From the NCBI GenBank assembly GCA_964106645.2, contig CAXKZF020000136.1: 53,303 nucleotides of DNA; one strand, written 5' to 3'. The stretch comes from Podarcis pityusensis. Taxonomy: Eukaryota. The notes below the pieces were generated by a model. That model searched no databases. It saw nothing but the letters and a program-made list of their open reading frames with translations, and had not been told where the DNA came from. Positions 41,072-47,849 of this stretch are shown here, in pieces. Each line of letters starts with the position of its first letter. Positions within the stretch are counted from its first letter, which is position 1. The position numbers were made by a program, and so were the translations under genes.

Positions 41072-41965
41072 TACTAAAGGCCCGCTCCTTTCCAACGATT
41101 CAGCAACCTTAGGGTGCGCCCAGGGAATGTGATGATCCTGTGTGCGACATTGCTCGTCGCCAGTGAGCGCTCGACACGTGTCGAGCGCTTCCAGGAGGGT
41201 TTGGGCAGCCCTGCTTCCCCGTTCAGCAGCAGGGAGCAGTTCATCGGGGTCGTCGGCCCAGTGCGCGAGGTAAGGGAAGCTGTAGCAGGCTGTGTTCAAG
41301 CTCAATGCGTTACAGACAATGTAAGCGCAGGCCTCCGCCTCGAGTTCACAGAGGTGCCGGTCTCTCTTAGCGGGGTCACGATGCATGAGGGCGTGAGCGA
41401 GTTCATGGATGAGGGTCTTGAGGCGCTGGGCGGGCTCGAGGCCTTCGCGCAGGGTGATCTGTCCCGTTTTGAGCGAGACCATCCCCAACGCCGCGCCGGG
41501 AAGTGAAGCGGTCACGACGGGAAAGCCTTTGCTTAACGCGAAGGCCTCGAAGCCGCTGAGGGTCTCGAGCACGCTGTCGTCGCCGCCGGTGAGGCGTTCG
41601 GGTTGCGGCGGTTCGGGCAGGGGGTCGCCGTCGGTCTGACTGACATCGAACACGCTCGCGGTGCGAAAGCCGTAGACCTCCATTTCTCCGTCGTCGCTCT
41701 TACGGGTGAGCGGGGCGAAGATGGCGATGGACTTCTCCCCCTTCCTGACCTGCCGTCCGAGTTCCTGCCAGCGCCGGTAGCCCGCGACGGTCGTCGCGTC
41801 GGGACGCTGAGCGTAGATGAGCCAAGCGTTTCGGAAGCTGTAGGTGTGCAGCTTCCGGCGAAAGCGCAGGGCAGCTTTAAAGGTCTCAGTGTCCATCAGT
41901 TTGCTCACGCTCTCCGCCAGGATCACGGCTGCCCGGTGGGTGGCGTCAGAGGTGGGGCGCTTCAT
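40916..41965 (-). CDS. ArdC-like ssDNA-binding protein with metallopeptidase domain; 3' end reads into IS5
   Basis: YSFRNAWLIYAQRP, WQELGRQVRKGEK, VFDVSQTDG, HELAH, ELEAE. Confidence 0.88.
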   Translation of the reverse strand: MKRPTSDATHRAAVILAESVSKLMDTETFKAALRFRRKLHTYSFRNAWLIYAQRPDATTVAGYRRWQELGRQVRKGEKSIAIFAPLTRKSDDGEMEVYGFRTASVFDVSQTDGDPLPEPPQPERLTGGDDSVLETLSGFEAFALSKGFPVVTASLPGAALGMVSLKTGQITLREGLEPAQRLKTLIHELAHALMHRDPAKRDRHLCELEAEACAYIVCNALSLNTACYSFPYLAHWADDPDELLPAAERGSRAAQTLLEALDTCRALTGDEQCRTQDHHIPWAHPKVAESLERSGPLVRACPKNGEEFKREGASPKMEGLRFLFGDAPWQSLAAQEPTISTFLDDYGES

Positions 41966-42087
41966 CGCGCCCCCTCGGTTTCCTTATCGGTCTCCTCGGC
42001 GTGCAGTTCCTCGAAGAGCGCCCTAAGCTCCTCTGCCCTGTCGGCCCAGACTTCGATATCCAGCGGAAGGGTAAAGGGGGCGCTCAT
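41962..42087 (-). CDS. Small hypothetical protein
   Basis: ATGA-coupled chain with GGAGG RBS. Confidence 0.5.
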   Translation of the reverse strand: MSAPFTLPLDIEVWADRAEELRALFEELHAEETDKETEGAR

Positions 42088-42437
42088 GCCGCCCCCTCCA
42101 GAACCCGCTCGACCTCCAGGAGCCGCAGCTTGTAGCGCAGGCAATCCCAAGTAACGCGCGCCTGCTCGAGCTCGTGTCTGGCGTCGTTCAGAGCAACTTC
42201 GAGCCCGAGCAGCTCGCTGTAGGCGTCGAAGAGTGTGAGCCTGATGGTGGCTTCCCTGGCCTCGGCGTTTTTTCCCTCGACGCCTTCGGTAAGCAGTTCA
42301 GCACGCTTGAACTCGAGGGAGCATTTCGCCTCGGTCAGGGCGTTCACCGCGTCGGCGTAGCGACTCTGGGCGTCTTTGAGGGTCTCGGCGGCGCGGTCGA
42401 AGGATTGCGGGGCTAGGTAGGTGAGGGTGGGGCTCAT
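42084..42437 (-). CDS. Hypothetical coiled-coil protein
   Basis: 117 aa, GKNAEAREA; coupled to neighbours. Confidence 0.7.
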   Translation of the reverse strand: MSPTLTYLAPQSFDRAAETLKDAQSRYADAVNALTEAKCSLEFKRAELLTEGVEGKNAEAREATIRLTLFDAYSELLGLEVALNDARHELEQARVTWDCLRYKLRLLEVERVLEGAA

Positions 42438-42694
42438 GCCGCCACCCCCCGCTTACCCTGTTCGATCTGGCTGAGTTCGGCGTCGATGGCCTTGACCTGT
42501 GATGCGAGGCCGTAACCGCTCGTGCCTTGGAGACGATACTCGAGGCGTTTGCGGGCCTGCAAGAGGGCGAGTTGACGCGTGGTGATGGGGGCAGTAAGGT
42601 GAACCATAGCAGCTCCTTCTGGGGTTGTGGATGAAGGTCGCGCTCTCCGTCGAAAGTTTGCGCGGCCTTCGGCTTTTGTTCGGGGCTTACTCAA
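42434..42694 (-). CDS. Small hypothetical protein
   Basis: Coupled operon; start at 42694 or 42607. Confidence 0.5.
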   Translation of the reverse strand: MSKPRTKAEGRANFRRRARPSSTTPEGAAMVHLTAPITTRQLALLQARKRLEYRLQGTSGYGLASQVKAIDAELSQIEQGKRGVAA

Positions 42695-42762
42695 AACCTC
42701 CTTCTCAAAGCTTCAGCGTCGGGTTGTCATGGTCCTCACTAACTCTGCCTGCTAGTGATTAA

Positions 42763-42791
42763 ATAATAGCACAGTAAGGTGTAAAAGTCAA
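42763..42791 (-). promoter_or_regulatory. Strong sigma70-type promoter of the ardC-like operon
   Basis: TTGACT-17bp-TATTAT with extended TG. Confidence 0.75.
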
Positions 42792-42878
42792 CCCTCCAAA
42801 GGGTTAAATAACCTTTCCAGGACAGCGTTTTTGCCCTTTTTTGGCCCTTTCAGATTGCGCCCGAGGGCGCGGTCTTTA

Positions 42879-45383
42879 TTAGGAAGTGTGCTTAGCAGGC
42901 TCGAGCCCGAGCTCCTGAGAACTCGCGGCGAAGTAGTGCCCGGTCCCGCGCACCTCGCACACGGCTACCTTCTCCTTGCCGTCGCTGTAGACCTTACAGG
43001 GCATACCCGTTCCTGTGATCGTCGTGTCGGTCAGGGTCAGGCGTTCAACATCCCCGCCCTGTGCCCTGAGCGTAGCGATAGCCGCCTCGAGGCTGCTCGG
43101 GTAGGTCGGCCTCATCTCCGGGCTTTCTTTACCTCCCTGGAGGTTTTCAGTCCTTGGTCCGGTCTCTTTGCGCTTGCGGGTGCGCTGACGCTTTTTTCTT
43201 TTAGCTGGTTCTGGCTTTGTGCTGGCCTCAGCTGGGGGTGGCCCCGAGGGCACTTCGGGTTCTTTGGGTTTTACCTTGGGTTCGTTGGAGGGTGCCTTCG
43301 TCGGCGCTCGAGGTTCTTGTGGCTCTTCCGGCTCGGGCTCGGCGTAACGCACAGCGGGTTCACTGAGCCGGGTCAATTGAAAGGGTTTGGCGTTCAGCAC
43401 ATTGAGCTTGGCAGTCTCAGTCTCGAGCAGCCGGTAATCCACCCGGTTCGCCACGATCGGCGGCAGGTTCCCCACGAACGTCAGCGTCAAGCCCTCCGGT
43501 AGCTGCATGAACTCGCTCACGCTGATGAGCTCGCGGTCCTTCCACGTCCACGAGGCCGTCTCGCTCGAGTTCGTCTCGCTGACCGTGTTCGACGTGTTGA
43601 GCCACTTCACGCTCGTCTTGCCCGCTCGGTCCGAGACGTACCGCGCCGTGAGGTTGTCTGTCGGACGGTAGTACACCTGGGTGTCGCAGTTACTGCGGAT
43701 AGTTGCCGCCTGCTCCCTGCCGTAAGCAGCGTCCAGCTGCGCCAGGTCCTGCACATAGACGAGCGCGCTGATACCCCGGCTCGAGGTGGTGCTCACCAGG
43801 TCCGGCAGGCGCGGCACAGGGATGCGCCCGGCCTCGTCGAAGCCCAGTAGCAATTTATGCTTCATGTCCTGTGCATGCGTGTCCCCGATGCGGATGAGGT
43901 CGGTCACGAGCGCCAGCACGGTGAGGCGCAGGAAAGCCTTAGTCGCTTCGATCTCGCTCTCCCGGAAGGTCAGGAACAGCGTCACGGGCTTGTCGTTCAC
44001 CACCAGATCCCTGGCCCGGAAGTCGCAACCCGAGGCCACCTCCCGCAAACTCGGCTGCAGCAGATCAGCCGTGCGGGTGTTCAGCGTAGACCAGATCGTC
44101 ACCAAGCGTTCGTCTTTCGCCATCCGCTCAGCGGGCATCTCCGAGGGGTGCCTACCGAGAAAGTCGGTGAGATTGTCGATCACTACGTCGTCCTTGACCT
44201 TCGCGAGCGTCCTGATGAAGTGCGCCAGCCCCCTGCGCTTGACCTCGTAGAGGTAAGGCAACCCCGGGCGGTTAGCGAGCTTCGCCGCCCGCAGGGCAGC
44301 CACCAGCCCGTTCGTGGCACGCTGCGCAAAGTACGGCGGCTCCCGACTGTTGGGGGGCGGCTCGAGGATGAGCTTCGCGGCGCTCCGGAGAGCCTCGGGG
44401 GTGTCGCCAAGGTCCGCGAAGGGGTCGTAGCGGTTCGAGAGGTGCGGAAAGCTCGGGTCGAGAATGAACACAGCCTGACCCAGTCCCCGGCGGTGGTGCG
44501 CCAGCGTGCCCGCGAACTCACCCTTCGGATCCACGAACACCATTGAGCCCGTCCAGTAGAGTCCCTGGGTGATGAGCTGCAACCCCTTGCCCTTGCGGCT
44601 GGGGTAGACGAACAGGGCGTGACCAAGTTCTCGTTGGTCGCCAAAGCCAAGACGCCTGACCAAGGGCTCGATGAAACGCTGCTCGGGCGTGACTTCGTTG
44701 GTCATCCCCACGAGCAGCGCGTCTCCTGGTACCTTGCCGTTACGACCCAGACGGAGAGACTCGATCGCCTCAAGGTCGGCAAACTGCCCCTGATAAAGAC
44801 CTTGTCCTTTGAACGGTGGGCCAAGCGACAGGATGTAGAGGTAGAGCAGAGGCAGGAGGAAAACAGCCCATTTGGCCATCACCTGCGCGAAGTTCCATGC
44901 CAAAGATGGGTAAAAAGACCAACTGTCGGGTGAGGGATTTAAAACAAAGCCCAGGACGTAAGCGAGGGCAGTGAAAAGCCCACCCTGCCCCACGACACGC
45001 CAGCGCCAGGCCGTTTTGGGATCCGTTTTGCGCCGCCTGCGCCTCGTGTCTGTCCGCTTCGAGAATCTGACAATCTGGTTCATCAAAAAGAGCACCACAA
45101 TCATCCCAAATATTGTCAGGCCATTGGCTAAAACCGGATTCCAGGCCTCCCGATCCCAGTTTCGTGCCGTGACCAGATCGATAAAACCTGCCCGGTAGAA
45201 GTTGTTGAGCAGAAACGCGATAAACAGCGTGTTCAGGACGAGTCGCAGGAAGGTGCGAGGACGAAACACGCGCCCTTGAAGCGGCCCCGCCGCTAACTGC
45301 ACAATCACGGCTGCCAAACCTACAGACACCACAATAATGACCAGGGACTCGAGGATGATGCGGAGAGGTTCCAGGATGCTCAC
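42879..45383 (-). CDS. VirD4/TraG-like type IV coupling protein
   Basis: N-terminal TMs, PSRKGKG Walker A, VFVDPKGE, RYDPF, FDEAG Walker B, QDLAQLDAAYG; Pro/Lys-rich tail. Confidence 0.9.
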   Translation of the reverse strand: MSILEPLRIILESLVIIVVSVGLAAVIVQLAAGPLQGRVFRPRTFLRLVLNTLFIAFLLNNFYRAGFIDLVTARNWDREAWNPVLANGLTIFGMIVVLFLMNQIVRFSKRTDTRRRRRKTDPKTAWRWRVVGQGGLFTALAYVLGFVLNPSPDSWSFYPSLAWNFAQVMAKWAVFLLPLLYLYILSLGPPFKGQGLYQGQFADLEAIESLRLGRNGKVPGDALLVGMTNEVTPEQRFIEPLVRRLGFGDQRELGHALFVYPSRKGKGLQLITQGLYWTGSMVFVDPKGEFAGTLAHHRRGLGQAVFILDPSFPHLSNRYDPFADLGDTPEALRSAAKLILEPPPNSREPPYFAQRATNGLVAALRAAKLANRPGLPYLYEVKRRGLAHFIRTLAKVKDDVVIDNLTDFLGRHPSEMPAERMAKDERLVTIWSTLNTRTADLLQPSLREVASGCDFRARDLVVNDKPVTLFLTFRESEIEATKAFLRLTVLALVTDLIRIGDTHAQDMKHKLLLGFDEAGRIPVPRLPDLVSTTSSRGISALVYVQDLAQLDAAYGREQAATIRSNCDTQVYYRPTDNLTARYVSDRAGKTSVKWLNTSNTVSETNSSETASWTWKDRELISVSEFMQLPEGLTLTFVGNLPPIVANRVDYRLLETETAKLNVLNAKPFQLTRLSEPAVRYAEPEPEEPQEPRAPTKAPSNEPKVKPKEPEVPSGPPPAEASTKPEPAKRKKRQRTRKRKETGPRTENLQGGKESPEMRPTYPSSLEAAIATLRAQGGDVERLTLTDTTITGTGMPCKVYSDGKEKVAVCEVRGTGHYFAASSQELGLEPAKHTS

Positions 45384-45534
45384 CTCCTAGAAATGAAAGA
45401 CCTCTTCGCATCAGGGTACAAGCTGAGCAAGCGAGTAGCAATACACAGGAGAAAACAAAAAAACAGTTGGAAAGCCAAGTCATAAAGGCAACACGAGGAA
45501 ACCCAACATCAGCAGATACGCGCTAGCTTAATCA

Positions 45535-45675
45535 TTTCTTTTTTGGATGGGATGAAGCTATCGGCCTCCGCTCCGCGCCTCAAGGCCAAGCCCCTGCGGG
45601 GTGGTCTCGCTCCGCTCCACCAGCCTTGACCCGCTACGCTCCACCCGATCCAAGACAACCATCCCAAAAAAGAAA
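45535..45675 (-). other. Branched stem-loop, candidate single-strand DNA signal (sso/ssi/oriT-like)
   Basis: 16-bp outer inverted repeat (one bulge), inner ATCGG/CCGAT and TCAAGGC/GCCTTGA stems, three GCGNAGC mini-hairpins on the minus strand. Confidence 0.55.
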
Positions 45676-45728
45676 AGGGGGGAACGACCAATAACGGAGC
45701 CCGAACAGGTAAGCACCTGCTCTGACAA

Positions 45729-46070
45729 CTATTTTGGCGGACCCCTGAAGTCATAGACCGGGATGCTGACAAGGTTCTCCGGTTTGTAGGTGATCGGCTC
45801 GAACGTAATCTCGCCGAGCACCGGCCCTAACGCTTTTTCGAGCTCGGCTTTGGCCTCGTCGCTAAGGGCGGGGAGAAAGCCGTAGTGGAGCTGGTGGCGT
45901 CCGGGCTCAACGTCGAGCGTCATGTGGGTCAAGAGCAACGCCTGGTACTTTTCATTCCAGGCTGACACTAGGTCACGGCACTGAAGCTCGGTCTCGCTGG
46001 TAACCAGCTTCTTGACAGCTAGCTGCTCGGGAAACTCGCGGTAAACGCTCTTTTTGCCCATAAAGACCAC
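45729..46070 (-). CDS. Hypothetical protein
   Basis: AAGGAG RBS; 113 aa. Confidence 0.65.
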   Translation of the reverse strand: MVFMGKKSVYREFPEQLAVKKLVTSETELQCRDLVSAWNEKYQALLLTHMTLDVEPGRHQLHYGFLPALSDEAKAELEKALGPVLGEITFEPITYKPENLVSIPVYDFRGPPK

Positions 46071-46290
46071 ACTCCTTCGTCACTTCTTTCCAGCCGATTC
46101 TACCTTAAATATTAAGGTGTTTCAACACACTTAGGTCTCACAAGTTCACTTACCTAACCCGGTAACAAGATGGTGCATCACCTCACCTGGGGCTTTACTG
46201 CATAAACACAGAAGCCCAATGGCGACGTGCAACCACCCTTTGAACGGCAAAGATCTTCATAGCGCAGCCTGTGATGTATATAATGTAGGC

Positions 46291-46575
46291 ATGATCCGGA
46301 AACAGCTCTATCTTGAAGAAGCTCAGGACCAGGCGCTCAAAGTGCGAGCCAAGGAATTAGGTATCTCTGAGGCTGAGATCGTCAGGCGGGCGCTTGACGC
46401 AGCCTTACATCCTAAAGGCAGCGCCCAACTCATCGCGCCCCGTAGGGCAGCACTCACCCGGCTCGTCCGTAACGCCAAACGCCTCTCCGAAGACCATCAC
46501 TTTCCTGAGGGCTACCGCTTCAAGCGCGAGGAACTCTACGACGAGCGAGAGGACCGCTGGCCCAAACGCTCCTGA
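46291..46575 (+). CDS. CopG/RHH antitoxin
   Basis: MIRKQLYLEEAQDQALKVRAKELGISEAEIVRRALD. Confidence 0.88.
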   Translation: MIRKQLYLEEAQDQALKVRAKELGISEAEIVRRALDAALHPKGSAQLIAPRRAALTRLVRNAKRLSEDHHFPEGYRFKREELYDEREDRWPKRS

Positions 46576-47018
46576 TGCCCACCTATCTGCTCGACACGAA
46601 TCTCCTGCTCTATGCTCACGACCAACACAAACTTCACAAGCAAGGACGTGCCCTCGAGTTGCTCGAACGCCTAGGAGATGGCCTCAGTGCTGCGCTCAGC
46701 ACCCAGAACTTGGCCGAATTCGCCAACGTCGCCCTGAAGCGGCTCAAGCCACCCCTCTCTCCTGCTGAGGTCACCGAACAGTTGGAGTTACTCGAGCAGA
46801 CCTTCGTCGTCTACCCGTTGACTGCTGCGGTCGTCCGGGAAGCTGTTCGTGGTGTCGGAGTGCATAGTCTGTCTTACTACGATGCACAGGTCTGGGCGGT
46901 GGCGAAACTCAACCAGATCCCGGTTGTCCTGAGCGAAGACTTCAATACAGGCGCGACGCTCGAGGGAGTGCTATTTCTAAACCCACTCGAGCCAAGCTTC
47001 GACCTCGCTACGTTGTAA
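46575..47018 (+). CDS. vapC: PIN-domain toxin
   Basis: LLDTNLLLYA, QNLAEF, SYYDAQVWA, LSEDF. Confidence 0.92.
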   Translation: MPTYLLDTNLLLYAHDQHKLHKQGRALELLERLGDGLSAALSTQNLAEFANVALKRLKPPLSPAEVTEQLELLEQTFVVYPLTAAVVREAVRGVGVHSLSYYDAQVWAVAKLNQIPVVLSEDFNTGATLEGVLFLNPLEPSFDLATL

Positions 47019-47094
47019 TGCCCCGTGCGAGCATTAAGCGCTAGCGCGACGTGCCGTCGGGTTGACAGAAACAAAATGCGACCCACCCCGATCA

Positions 47095-47799
47095 TTAATC
47101 CCGAGACCCATGCTTAGCGTCCCCGAGGTACTGTCCCAACGTCATCGGCGGGTCGTCATGAAACACCACGGGCCGCATCACCGGGTACGACTCAGGCCAG
47201 TTCGGCTGCCGCTGAAAAAAGTGAAGCCTAGGTGCTGCCCGCGATTCCCCCCAGGCATGCTGCGCCCGCCGCACGAGATCCTTGATGTCCTCTCTTACTC
47301 CGTTGAACATCGGCATCTTCGAGAGGCCCTCGAGCAGCACATTCATCTGCACTGTGTTCCGTGACTTTGCGGCAGCCAGCAACCGCGCCTCGTACTCCTG
47401 CCGGTATTGCCGCCTGAGCTTCCAGGTCCAGCGCTTGTAACGGTTCTCCGTCAGAACGTAATGCCGGAAGGTCAACCGCGTCTGGTTCACCCTCGCGTCC
47501 ACCAATGCCTCACCCTGGATAGGCGCACTCGAGAACAGCAACCAGTGCATCAAGTGGGTATCCTCGAGGCTCGGGTGGACTACCAGGAAGGTCGCTGGGA
47601 ACCCCGCTTTGCGCAGTACATGACGCTCCTGATCGTTCAGCAGGACATGGTACCGAGCGTGCATTTTATCTACAAATGCTGCAATCTTATTCAGCGGCAG
47701 CTGACCCTGAACATACAGCGGACACTTCTGCACCCGCCGCTGCACCGACTGCATCATTGCCGCCTGAGACCGAAAAAGCGGATAATCAAGACCCACCAT
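47095..47799 (-). CDS. Basic hypothetical protein divergent from the large RNA
   Basis: 234-aa Arg/Lys-rich ORF; minus-strand TAGAAT (47809-47814) just before the ATG. Confidence 0.75.
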   Translation of the reverse strand: MVGLDYPLFRSQAAMMQSVQRRVQKCPLYVQGQLPLNKIAAFVDKMHARYHVLLNDQERHVLRKAGFPATFLVVHPSLEDTHLMHWLLFSSAPIQGEALVDARVNQTRLTFRHYVLTENRYKRWTWKLRRQYRQEYEARLLAAAKSRNTVQMNVLLEGLSKMPMFNGVREDIKDLVRRAQHAWGESRAAPRLHFFQRQPNWPESYPVMRPVVFHDDPPMTLGQYLGDAKHGSRD

Positions 47800-47849
47800 G
47801 ATTGCGTTATTCTAGCAAAGCATATTAAAGCCGTATTATAGAATGTTCC

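Noticed and set aside
40916-41100. ArdC-transposase fusion
   Set aside because: The ORF only reads through the IS5 end, in a different frame from the transposase; this is an insertion effect
42831-44546. Long + strand ORFs opposite virD4, and similar antisense ORFs elsewhere
   Set aside because: Shadow ORFs of GC-rich coding sequence with no domain signal
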